NCBI GenBank assembly: GCA_045611845.1
Contig: JAZKXZ010000025.1
Location: 190,077 to 254,076 of the forward strand
Direction of reading: 5' to 3'
Source: Candidatus Enterocola sp.
GTDB taxonomy: Bacteria; Bacteroidota; Bacteroidia; Bacteroidales; Paludibacteraceae
DNA: 64,000 nt
Below the pieces are notes generated by a model. That model saw only the letters and a program-made list of their open reading frames with translations. It ran no database searches and was not told the DNA's origin. The translations under genes were made by a program, and so were the position numbers. Below, in pieces: positions 8,551 through 17,313 of the stretch (positions within the stretch are counted from its first letter, which is position 1; every line of letters begins with the position of its first letter).

Positions 8551-10467
8551 ATGAAAAATAAATATGTAACAAACACGCCAAATGTTTTAGGTCTGCTTAA
8601 TTACTTTAAAGATTTTTATAATCCTGATAAGCATATTATAAAACTAGAAGAGGTAGATTGGTATGACTTTGAGAAAAGAGGAGTTAATTTAGAGTTGATT
8701 CTTGAAAAAGAAATGGATTGCTTACTTTCTGGTTGTTTGACAGATTTGTTTTGCATTAAAACAGAATGTATTGCTAAGGATACATTTACAGAACGTTATG
8801 CAAAGTTGCGTCTGTTTAAAGATGAACACGGAAAGGTAACTAATTTTATTTTTCCTCTTCTTAGAGAACGAAAAGTTCCAGATATGATTTTTAATTATAG
8901 ATTATCTGAATGGCAGAAAAGGGAGCTTAATGAGAAGGGTCGCCTTGAAGGGTCAATCTCTGTAGTTATCGAAAAAAGCAAGAAACTTATTTTGCCTTAT
9001 TTTGATAAAGAAACAAATCAATTAATGTATCGCTGTATGGATTTTGTGAAGGTGCCAAATGAGTACAAGGGAAAGAAATTAGATATAGAAAAAGTAAGAA
9101 ACTTGATTTACGGCAAAAAGGTGCCAGTGGAGTATGAGGAGGGGAAAATAGATGTGCTTTATATCGACCCTGTTGATGGTAAAATTAAAACAGAATTCGT
9201 ATGGGAAGACTTTGATGATGTAAATGTAACTATTAAAAAAGAATCTATGATAGGGGACAGTGTAATGGTGTCGCCACGAGTAACACATTACGGATTTTGG
9301 GAAAAAGGTACTATTATAGAAGTTGAAGATAATTCATTCAATGGTATTGTTCTTACTGTAGAAATGCCAAATGGTGATGTGTTTTTTGAGAGGGATGAAC
9401 CTGAGTATCTTAAGAGAGAAGTAATGCCATATTTTGCTATGCCAGATGAGATAGAAAAGGGATGTGAATTAATTTCTTATTATAATTGTAATATTACTAA
9501 AGCTATTCATGATGTAAGTACGACAATAGCAACTATGATAGAGAATTATGGTAAATCTATAAATAGTGGAGAAAGTGAATGTTTTTCTATTGAGCATTAT
9601 AAAAAGACTTTATTGAGCAAAAAGGAATGTTTAAAAGAACTACTAATATCAGAAAAATACGTTCATGGTGAAACTCAATACGATTTGGGTAAACAGGCAT
9701 TACTTGTAATGAAAAATAAGATAATCAAATTCTTATACAAAATGGAAGCAGATTTTCAAGACGAATATAGACTTTTAAAATTGAAAAATGATGGAACTTC
9801 ATTTGTAAAAGGGATGGATTTTGTAGAGCCAGAAATTTATATACCATGTATATTTTGCGAAGACTTTTCAGTGGAATATACTATGTATTTAGGCAAAACC
9901 GAAGAGGGTAAGGAGATTTTGTGTACTTTGATACTACAATTGACAAAAAGTGAAGATTTTTATCCTACTATCTACACTCTTGATGGAGGATTGTTACTTT
10001 GTGGTGATAAAATAAAATATTTAGAACCTAATATCACTCTTGAAACATTAAGGTCTTATTTAGTTGAATTTATACCTGTTGAAAATAAAGTTTACGAGTT
10101 GCCATTTAGTCATGAATATCCCGCATTTGATAAATTAGGGTATGAGGTACGTTCTGTTATGAGCGAAGCCTACGAAATGATTTGTGATAAGAAGTTTCAG
10201 ATGTTTAATCCTATGCCACTCGTGAAATTGCAAAGTTTAATGAAAGATACTTATGCTCAGGCAAAATATGTGAATAAACCATTTGATGACGAATATAATG
10301 ATATTATCAAAGAATGTCAGAGAAAAGAGAAACTTATTTTGAAAAAACGCTATAAAGAGTTGTATACCTTGCTTCACGAAACAATGGTAGATCCGTATGA
10401 CTATGTCGACCTAATGATTGAGTATGCTCAAGTAGGACGTAAGTTGAAACAATTAGAACAATGTTAA
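8551..10467 (+). CDS. Hypothetical 638-aa protein; N-terminus resembles DUF4099/DUF3945 modules of Bacteroidota conjugative elements
   Basis: Long AT-rich ORF. Residues ~30-165 (EEVDWYDFEKRGVNLELILEKEMDCLLSGCLTDL...AKLRLFKDEHGKVTNFIFPLL...YRLSEWQKRELNEKGRLEG) recall DUF4099 followed by DUF3945 repeats. I recognise nothing in the C-terminal ~470 aa. The family call is from memory, not from a search. Confidence 0.5.
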   Translation: MKNKYVTNTPNVLGLLNYFKDFYNPDKHIIKLEEVDWYDFEKRGVNLELILEKEMDCLLSGCLTDLFCIKTECIAKDTFTERYAKLRLFKDEHGKVTNFIFPLLRERKVPDMIFNYRLSEWQKRELNEKGRLEGSISVVIEKSKKLILPYFDKETNQLMYRCMDFVKVPNEYKGKKLDIEKVRNLIYGKKVPVEYEEGKIDVLYIDPVDGKIKTEFVWEDFDDVNVTIKKESMIGDSVMVSPRVTHYGFWEKGTIIEVEDNSFNGIVLTVEMPNGDVFFERDEPEYLKREVMPYFAMPDEIEKGCELISYYNCNITKAIHDVSTTIATMIENYGKSINSGESECFSIEHYKKTLLSKKECLKELLISEKYVHGETQYDLGKQALLVMKNKIIKFLYKMEADFQDEYRLLKLKNDGTSFVKGMDFVEPEIYIPCIFCEDFSVEYTMYLGKTEEGKEILCTLILQLTKSEDFYPTIYTLDGGLLLCGDKIKYLEPNITLETLRSYLVEFIPVENKVYELPFSHEYPAFDKLGYEVRSVMSEAYEMICDKKFQMFNPMPLVKLQSLMKDTYAQAKYVNKPFDDEYNDIIKECQRKEKLILKKRYKELYTLLHETMVDPYDYVDLMIEYAQVGRKLKQLEQC

Positions 10468-10496
10468 AATCGCAAAAACTATAAAAATAATAAATT

Positions 10497-10742
10497 ATGA
10501 CACAAGAAGAATTTTCTCGTTTGTTTAATCAATTTAGCGACGAGCCAAAAAGAGAACCAGATTTTTTACCTCCGCACAAAGAAGCATTAAGACAAATATG
10601 TGCGAGATATAAGAAAACAGAAGCAGAACTTACAGAAGCTGAGTGGGAAGAAGTAAGAGAGTTAGAAAAAGGATTAGCAAGGGCGTTAGAAGATCCTTGT
10701 GATGCATTCAGAGATTCTAATATTTGTGGTTCAATTTGGTAG
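10497..10742 (+). CDS. Hypothetical small acidic protein (81 aa)
   Basis: ORF in the same orientation, tightly packed between neighbours. No recognisable motif. Confidence 0.4.
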   Translation: MTQEEFSRLFNQFSDEPKREPDFLPPHKEALRQICARYKKTEAELTEAEWEEVRELEKGLARALEDPCDAFRDSNICGSIW

Positions 10743-10772
10743 TTGTATGGTAGATTTCAATTAGAAAATACT

Positions 10773-11534
10773 ATGAAAATACAATATGCGTCTGATTTGC
10801 ATTTGGAGTTTGCGGATAATTACAAGTTTGTAAATAGCATTCCATTTAAGGTGATGGGTGAGGTGTTGGTGCTTGCTGGTGACATTACTTATCTTAATGA
10901 AGATATTGTTATTGATAAGTTTTGGCAGTGGGCATCAGAAAACTTTCGCGAGGTTTTAATTGTGCCTGGCAATCACGAGTATTATAAAAATAATGACCTA
11001 GCAAGCTATGGCGATAGTTGGACAAAAGAGATTTTGCCAAATGTAAAATATTATCAGAACAAGGTGGTTCGCATTGATAATACAGATTTTATTTTGTCAA
11101 CTCTTTGGTCGCGTATTAAGGTGCTTGAAGAGATGGAGGTTAGACGTGTTTTGTCGGATTTTAGACAAATTATGTATAATGGAGAAAGATTTCTACCTGT
11201 AAATTATAATGCAGAACACGAAAAATGTTTGTCGTTTATAAAACAAAGTGTGGCAGAAAGTACTGCTGAACGCATAGTGGTGGTTACGCATCATTTGCCT
11301 ACAGCTGCAGTGGTGGCACCGTGGCACAAAGGTAGTCAGACAGGTAGTGCTTTTGTAACTGAACTTTCTAAATTTATAGAAGATAGTCGCATTGATGCTT
11401 GGATTTATGGGCACTCACATACAAATTTTGATGCAGAGATAGTAGGTACACATATAGTGAGCAATCAGTTGGGTTACTTACAGTTGAGTGAACAACGCTT
11501 TGGTTTTAGCGGAGAGAAGTTTATTGAGGTGTAA
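10773..11534 (+). CDS. Metallophosphoesterase (calcineurin-like)
   Basis: Motifs are SDLHLEF, LAGDI, VPGNHEYY, VVTHHLP and GHSHTNF. The start is taken at MKIQYASDLH (10773) rather than the upstream TTG-type start at 10743. Confidence 0.85.
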   Translation: MKIQYASDLHLEFADNYKFVNSIPFKVMGEVLVLAGDITYLNEDIVIDKFWQWASENFREVLIVPGNHEYYKNNDLASYGDSWTKEILPNVKYYQNKVVRIDNTDFILSTLWSRIKVLEEMEVRRVLSDFRQIMYNGERFLPVNYNAEHEKCLSFIKQSVAESTAERIVVVTHHLPTAAVVAPWHKGSQTGSAFVTELSKFIEDSRIDAWIYGHSHTNFDAEIVGTHIVSNQLGYLQLSEQRFGFSGEKFIEV

Positions 11535-11545
11535 AAGAGATAATA

Positions 11546-12139
11546 ATGAAAATTATGAATTTTAAGTTTGATGCAGATAAGGTGTTTTTTACATCTGATA
11601 CACACTTTTATCATTCTAATATTATAGGTTTCTGTAATAGACCTTTTAAAAGTGTAGAGGAAATGAATGAAACGCTAATTAAGAATTGGAATAGTGTGGT
11701 AGGTGAGGATGATATTGTATTTCATTTGGGAGACTTTTGCTTGGGAGGTTCTGTGGAGTGGACTGATGTGTTAGATAAATTAAATGGAAAAATTTATCTA
11801 ATAGTGGGTAATCACGATATTAAAAATCTAAGACAAGGATATAGGAATAGGTTTGAGCACATTTCTATGCAAATGCATATTGAAATAGGGAAGCAAAAGA
11901 TTTATTTAAATCACTTTCCATTTTTGTGTTTTGGTGGTGCTTATCGTGAAACTTGGCAACTATTTGGGCATGTTCACACTAGTGAATACAATACTGGTAT
12001 TGATGCCCCTAGATTAACAATGCTTTTTCCTACTCAATATGATGTTGGTGTGGATAACAATAATTTCACTCCTGTTTCATTTTATCAAGTGAAGGCAATT
12101 ATCGAAAAACAAATTGAGGAATTTGGGAATAAAAACTAA
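11546..12139 (+). CDS. Metallophosphoesterase family protein (small, phage/YfcE-like type)
   Basis: Motifs are FFTSDTHFYH, HLGDF, VGNHD, LNHFP and GHVH. Confidence 0.85.
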   Translation: MKIMNFKFDADKVFFTSDTHFYHSNIIGFCNRPFKSVEEMNETLIKNWNSVVGEDDIVFHLGDFCLGGSVEWTDVLDKLNGKIYLIVGNHDIKNLRQGYRNRFEHISMQMHIEIGKQKIYLNHFPFLCFGGAYRETWQLFGHVHTSEYNTGIDAPRLTMLFPTQYDVGVDNNNFTPVSFYQVKAIIEKQIEEFGNKN

Positions 12140-12142
12140 AGT

Positions 12143-12475
12143 ATGAATATCTTTAAGAAAATAGTGTCACTTTTTAAGAAGAAAGAAAAACCACATCCAT
12201 ATAAAGTAGATTTGACAAAGGTTAAGGCGAGTCAAATAGATATTTCGGTAGAAGAATTAATTAGAATGCGTTTCCCTGAAGATCTCTGGGAGGAAAGCAG
12301 AACTGCTGCGTGTGAATGTATAAGATTGGGCATAGATCTTAATAGTCATGAGATTCAGTATATGGCTTGGGTGTTGAGGAGTGAAATGGAAGTAGAGAAT
12401 TTTAATATTCCACCACACTTATATTATTTGCGACGAAAAGCAGATTATGAAGAACGTAAGGCAAAAGAAAAATAA
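12143..12475 (+). CDS. Hypothetical protein (110 aa)
   Basis: ORF starts 3 nt after the previous stop on the same strand. No recognisable motif. Confidence 0.45.
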   Translation: MNIFKKIVSLFKKKEKPHPYKVDLTKVKASQIDISVEELIRMRFPEDLWEESRTAACECIRLGIDLNSHEIQYMAWVLRSEMEVENFNIPPHLYYLRRKADYEERKAKEK

Positions 12476-12508
12476 ATTGAGGAATTTGAAAAAGTATAGG
12501 TAATTGAG

Positions 12509-12516
12509 TATCTTTG
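12509..12516 (+). promoter_or_regulatory. -7 promoter box TATCTTTG for the MATE transporter gene
   Basis: Exact TAnnTTTG match. It overlaps the track's upstream start at 12514, which argues for the ATG at 12544 as the real start. Confidence 0.45.
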
Positions 12517-12543
12517 TGCCCCGATTGTGGAGATATAAGGAAA

Positions 12544-13920
12544 ATGCTTTATAGTTTTCAGAAATATAAACCTCATTATAAGTCGATTTTACGTTTGGCG
12601 TTGCCGATTGTGGTGTCGCAATTTGGGCATGTGTTGGTGCAATTTGCCGACAATGTAATGGTGGGGCAGTATGGCGGAGATAATCCTTTGCCACTGGCGG
12701 CTGTGTCGTTTGGGGTGATGATTTCCTTGCTTTTCTTTATTGCTTCTCAAGGGCTAACACTTGGTCTTACTCCGCTTATTGGCGAACTTTATGCTCAAGG
12801 CGACAAACAGCATTCTGCCTCTTACTTAAAGCACGCTATATTGCTTTTCTCTATAATTGGCGTGGTGTTTGTGTTGCTTCAATCTGGTGCAGAGCCTCTT
12901 CTTTATTATATGGGTCAACCAGATGAGGTGGTGGATGCAGCTATCCCTTATTATAGGTTAATGGCGTATAGTTTGTTCCCTGTTTTGCTTTTTGCTGCTT
13001 TTAAAAACTTTTTGGAGGGTTTGGGAAATACCTTTGTGCCTATGGTGATAATGATGTTTTGCAACGTGCTAAATATCTTTTTGAACTGGGTGTTTATTTA
13101 TGGAAACCTTGGTGCAGCAGAAATGGGAGTGGAGGGTGCAGGTCTTGCTACTCTTATCTCACGTTTGTGTATGCCTGTGCTTGGAGCGGGCTATTTTATA
13201 TTGAATCGTAAGTATCGTGCATATACCTCATTGATGCCTTCGATACGCTATGGTATGAGCGATGTTGTTTCTCTACTACGCATGGGTGTGCCTATTGCGG
13301 CGCAGATGTTTTTGGAGTCGCTTTCTTTTGTGCTAACAGGTGTGATGATGGGCTGGTTTAGTACTGTGGCTATTAGTTCAAATCAGATAGCTATGACCAT
13401 GGCAAATGCGTCGTTTATGATAGTGCTTTCTGTGGGTACGGCTGTAACTATTAGCGTGTCGCATTTTTATGGTGCTCGTGATGTGGAAAATATGAGTGCT
13501 ACTTCAAAGGCTGCTATTCATCTAATGTTGCTATTCAACTGCTTTGCTGCGATAATATTTATTTCTTTAAGAAATCATCTACCACTACTATTTACCACCA
13601 ATGCTGAGGTTGTTGCACTTGCTGCTCAGATGCTCGTAATGGTGGCGTGCTTCCAGATTTTTGATGCGCTTCAGTGTGCGGGTGTGGGTATAATGCGTGG
13701 TTTTCAAGATGTGAAGATTATTTCGTTTATTTCGCTGCTTGCGTACATTGTCCTAAATCTTCCTGTAGGATATCTGTGTGGTTTTGTTCTTGAACTAGGT
13801 CCTGCCGGTCTTTTCTATGGTTATCTATTCGGTCTCGGTACTGCCGCTATCCTTTATATGCTAAGAATTAGGTATAAGATTCGTGAGTTTAGAGAAAACA
13901 AAAACGCTTTAGAGGTTTAA
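12544..13920 (+). CDS. MATE family multidrug efflux transporter
   Basis: 12-TM protein beginning MLYSFQKYKPHYKSILRLALPIVVSQFGHVLVQFADNVMVGQ, a typical MATE/NorM N-terminus with internal duplication. Confidence 0.92.
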   Translation: MLYSFQKYKPHYKSILRLALPIVVSQFGHVLVQFADNVMVGQYGGDNPLPLAAVSFGVMISLLFFIASQGLTLGLTPLIGELYAQGDKQHSASYLKHAILLFSIIGVVFVLLQSGAEPLLYYMGQPDEVVDAAIPYYRLMAYSLFPVLLFAAFKNFLEGLGNTFVPMVIMMFCNVLNIFLNWVFIYGNLGAAEMGVEGAGLATLISRLCMPVLGAGYFILNRKYRAYTSLMPSIRYGMSDVVSLLRMGVPIAAQMFLESLSFVLTGVMMGWFSTVAISSNQIAMTMANASFMIVLSVGTAVTISVSHFYGARDVENMSATSKAAIHLMLLFNCFAAIIFISLRNHLPLLFTTNAEVVALAAQMLVMVACFQIFDALQCAGVGIMRGFQDVKIISFISLLAYIVLNLPVGYLCGFVLELGPAGLFYGYLFGLGTAAILYMLRIRYKIREFRENKNALEV

Positions 13921-13933
13921 TTCTAAAGCGTTT
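13902..13933. terminator. Bidirectional hairpin terminator between the MATE gene and yjdM
   Basis: Perfect 12-bp stem AAACGCTTTAGA (13902-13913) / TCTAAAGCGTTT (13922-13933). A/T runs lie on both sides, between convergent genes. Confidence 0.7.
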
Positions 13934-13954
13934 GTTATTTTGTGGTAAAGTGAA

Positions 13955-14287
13955 TTACTTTTTAAGGAAACAAGTTTTAAGTACGATGCTGCTGCCGTCG
14001 ATTTTGCAATCCACTTCTTCTGGATTTTCTGTTAGGCGGATGCTTTTTACTTTTGTGCCACGTTTAATTACCATTGAAGAACCTTTTACTTTAAGGTCTT
14101 TGATAACGGTAACTGAGTCGCCGTCTAAAAGTTCTACACCATTGCTATCTTTTGCAATGTCTGCGCTTTCTGCTGCTGCAATATCTTCTTCGTTAAACTC
14201 GTGACCACAGTCTGGGCACACATAAAGCGAACCGTCGAAGTAAACAAATTCGCCATTACATTTAGGGCATTTTGAAATTTCTGTCAT
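13955..14287 (-). CDS. yjdM: Zinc-ribbon protein YjdM/PhnA
   Basis: MTEISKCPKCNGEFVYFDGSLYVCPDCGHEF...DSNGVELLDGDSVTVIKDLKVKGSS..IKRGTKVKSIRL...IDCKIDG is the PhnA zinc ribbon plus C-terminal PhnA domain. Confidence 0.92.
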   Translation of the reverse strand: MTEISKCPKCNGEFVYFDGSLYVCPDCGHEFNEEDIAAAESADIAKDSNGVELLDGDSVTVIKDLKVKGSSMVIKRGTKVKSIRLTENPEEVDCKIDGSSIVLKTCFLKK

Positions 14288-14426
14288 ATTTTTTTGTTTT
14301 TACTAGTGCAAAGGTATTAAAAACTATGGTAAAAATCAAATCTTATTATGTGTTCTAGTTTGTACTAATTTTCTTATTTACAAAATTTTCAGTATCTTCG
14401 TGCAGTTTAATAAATTACGTAACGAT

Positions 14427-14810
14427 ATGAAAAGAGTATTTAGTCTTTTAGTGTTTGCCATTTTGGCTTCATTAATGGTGGCGTGCGCTACAGTAGAGGA
14501 GAAAAGTTTACGTTCTCTTCAAGAACTTTATGAGGATATGGAACAAAACCACGAGAACTATACCGCTGAGGATTGGGAAAAGGCTCAAGTGGAGTTTGAA
14601 GTGATTACAGCCCAAATGAAACTTCATGATTATACAGACGAACAACTTCGTGAAATAGGCAAACTTAAGGGTAAATGTTCTGCATACTTGAGCAAAGGTA
14701 TGTTTAAAAAACTTGAAAAAGGACTTATTGAACTTGGTGGTGCTATGGAAGGTTTTCTTGAAGGATTAGACCAAATGGTTCCTAAAAATGATAGCATATC
14801 AAATCAATAA
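14427..14810 (+). CDS. Lipoprotein, hypothetical
   Basis: MKRVFSLLVFAILASLMVAC is a signal peptide with a lipobox Cys. ATG at 14427 is preferred over the GTG at 14400. Confidence 0.6.
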   Translation: MKRVFSLLVFAILASLMVACATVEEKSLRSLQELYEDMEQNHENYTAEDWEKAQVEFEVITAQMKLHDYTDEQLREIGKLKGKCSAYLSKGMFKKLEKGLIELGGAMEGFLEGLDQMVPKNDSISNQ

Positions 14811-14815
14811 TATAA

Positions 14816-15982
14816 ATGAAAAAACTATTTAAAATAGGACTTTTGCCACAGGTGTTGGTGGCAATTGTGTTGGGGATACTTCTAGGTGGATTAATTCCTA
14901 GTTGGAGTATTAGAATTTTCGTTACATTCAACGAGATATTTAGCCAACTTCTTAACTTTTTAGTGCCATTAATTATCCTTGGGATGGTGGCTCCTGCTAT
15001 TGCAGATATGGGCAAGAAAGCAGGTAAGATGCTACTTCTTACTGTGGGTATGGCATATGGGGCTACAATTATTTCTGGATTGTTGTCATATGGCACATCT
15101 ATTACTACCTTCCCACTTATAGTGGATGCCTCACAAGCAGCTAACACTATGACAGAAGACAACAACCTAACTGGCTTTTTTCAAATATCCATTCCGCCTC
15201 TGATGTCTGTGATGACAGCATTGTTTTTTGCGTTTTTACTAGGCTTAGGCGTGGCGAAAGTTAAAGGTCACAACCTAAAACACGTGCTTGACGAGTTTAA
15301 GGGAATTATTTCACTTTCTATCGAAAAGGTGATTATTCCTCTTCTTCCACTACATATCTTTGGTATATTCCTAAATATTACTCAGTCTGGTCAGATAGCA
15401 AGTATGTTAATGCTGTTTGTGAAGATAATAGGAATTATATTTGCTCTGCACGTGTTGGTGCTACTTCTACAATATACTGTGGCAGGTATAGTTACTCGCA
15501 GAAATCCGTTTAAACTGCTTTATACTATGCTTCCTGCATATTTCACTGCTCTTGGAACACAATCTTCTGCGGCTACAATTCCAGTAACTTTAAAACAAAC
15601 TTTGGCAAACAAAGTAGATGAAGATGTGGCTGATTTTGTAATTCCACTTTGTGCAACAATTCACCTTTCTGGTAGTACTCTTAAGATAGTTGCTTGTGCC
15701 ATAGCTCTTATGATGATGCATGGAAATCCTGTAGTGCCAAGTGAAATGATTTACTTTATCTTTATGCTTGGAGTGGTAATGGTTGCTGCTCCTGGTGTGC
15801 CTGGTGGCGCAATTATGGCATCGATTAGTGTGCTACAAAGTATCTTAGGTTTCGACGAAAGTCAAATTGCACTTATGATTGCGCTTTACATTACCATGGA
15901 CAACTTTGGCACTGCGTGCAACGTAACAGGTGATGGCGCATTGGCGTTGATTATAGATAAAATCTATAAAAAACGCAAATAA
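14816..15982 (+). CDS. Dicarboxylate/amino acid:cation symporter (SstT-like serine/threonine transporter)
   Basis: Polytopic protein. RRNPFKLLYTMLPAYFTALGTQSSAATIPVTL and PLCATIHLSGS resemble the DAACS family signature regions as found in SstT. Confidence 0.88.
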   Translation: MKKLFKIGLLPQVLVAIVLGILLGGLIPSWSIRIFVTFNEIFSQLLNFLVPLIILGMVAPAIADMGKKAGKMLLLTVGMAYGATIISGLLSYGTSITTFPLIVDASQAANTMTEDNNLTGFFQISIPPLMSVMTALFFAFLLGLGVAKVKGHNLKHVLDEFKGIISLSIEKVIIPLLPLHIFGIFLNITQSGQIASMLMLFVKIIGIIFALHVLVLLLQYTVAGIVTRRNPFKLLYTMLPAYFTALGTQSSAATIPVTLKQTLANKVDEDVADFVIPLCATIHLSGSTLKIVACAIALMMMHGNPVVPSEMIYFIFMLGVVMVAAPGVPGGAIMASISVLQSILGFDESQIALMIALYITMDNFGTACNVTGDGALALIIDKIYKKRK

Positions 15983-15993
15983 GTCTTAGAAAG

Positions 15994-17301
15994 TTAATTA
16001 ATCATCAACTCGTCTGAGTTAGATTCTAAATATAAAGGAGCGTCCTCTGCTGAGTCGAGGATGCTCTTTTTCTTTTTGTTTTCGCGAGCACCTGCAGCAA
16101 TTAAATCTTTAGCGGCTTTTACAATACTTTTTCCGCCGTCGGAAGTGGTTACTTTTAGCGACTCCATGCTCCTAACCGTGTCGGTCATCTTTTTTTCTAC
16201 ATCAGCAAATCTAGTGGCAAAGTCTTGGGTGCGGTCTATAATTTGGTTGGCAGCCTTAATCATGGCTTCTTGGTTGTGAATTTGGCGGTTTTGAGTCCAC
16301 ATAAGTTCCAAAATGCGCAGGTTCATATACATGGTTTGCGGACCAAGTATAAGCACGCCTTTGTCGTATGCTTCTTTCCACAGAGAAGTGTCGTTGAGCA
16401 GTGCTAGGTTTAGCGCGCCGTCGGTGTGAATATACATTATCACAAAGTTTAGTTTGCTATATCCTTCTAGCAAATATTTGCTATAGTCTTTTTCGGCAAG
16501 TCTTTTTACTTGGGCACGCACACTCACGATATGGTCTTTTAAGTGTTGAGTGCGGAGTTCTTGGTCGTCGCAATTTACATATCGTTCATACGCAGTAAAC
16601 GACATTTTAGAGTCCACAATCACCTCTCTATTGTTTGGAAAATGCAAAATAAAGTCTGGAATAAGTCCTTTGCCCTCGTCGTCTTTTATAAGGTTGCCAA
16701 ACTTGTCACGAAGGTGGGTTTGCGAAGAATATTGTTCGCCGTCTTTTAGTCCAAGGTCTTCCAAAAGTTGTTTGAGTTTAAGCTCTCCAAAGTTGCCTTG
16801 CACCTTTACTTCGCCTGTTAGGGCACGAGTAAGTCGGTCGGCACTCTCACCAAGTGACGCACTGTTTTCCATATTTGCTCTAATGGTAGCGTCTAGCTTG
16901 TTGATTGCTTCTTGGTGGTCTTTTTGGTTTTGATGAAGTGCTCGGCGCATTTCTTGCAGACTTTGCTCAATAGGCGAAATAATCTTTGATACTTGCTCCT
17001 TATTGGCACTACCAAGTTCCTCTTGACGACGTTTCAAAATGTTCTCCGACGTGCTCTGGATTTGCTCCTTGATAAGTTTCACCTGAGTTTCAAGTTGAAC
17101 TTTATTTAGTTCCTTTATTGCTTCTAGTTGTTTTTCGTTCGCCTCCTTTGCTGCCGCAAGTTGGTTTTCATTGTTCTCTTTTGTTTCTGATATTTGTCTC
17201 TCGTAATAGTTCTTCAGCGAGTTTATCTGATTTCTAAAAACAAAAAACATTGCAACTATTACTACTGCAAATATAATTGTAAGTACGATTAGTGTTTCCA
17301 T
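15994..17301 (-). CDS. rmuC: DNA recombination protein RmuC
   Basis: N-terminal TM helix, a long coiled coil, then the RmuC core (GNFGELKLKQLLEDLGL...IPDFILHFPNNREVIVDSKMSFTAYERY...). Confidence 0.92.
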   Translation of the reverse strand: METLIVLTIIFAVVIVAMFFVFRNQINSLKNYYERQISETKENNENQLAAAKEANEKQLEAIKELNKVQLETQVKLIKEQIQSTSENILKRRQEELGSANKEQVSKIISPIEQSLQEMRRALHQNQKDHQEAINKLDATIRANMENSASLGESADRLTRALTGEVKVQGNFGELKLKQLLEDLGLKDGEQYSSQTHLRDKFGNLIKDDEGKGLIPDFILHFPNNREVIVDSKMSFTAYERYVNCDDQELRTQHLKDHIVSVRAQVKRLAEKDYSKYLLEGYSKLNFVIMYIHTDGALNLALLNDTSLWKEAYDKGVLILGPQTMYMNLRILELMWTQNRQIHNQEAMIKAANQIIDRTQDFATRFADVEKKMTDTVRSMESLKVTTSDGGKSIVKAAKDLIAAGARENKKKKSILDSAEDAPLYLESNSDELMIN

Positions 17302-17313
17302 AAGTTAGTTTTA

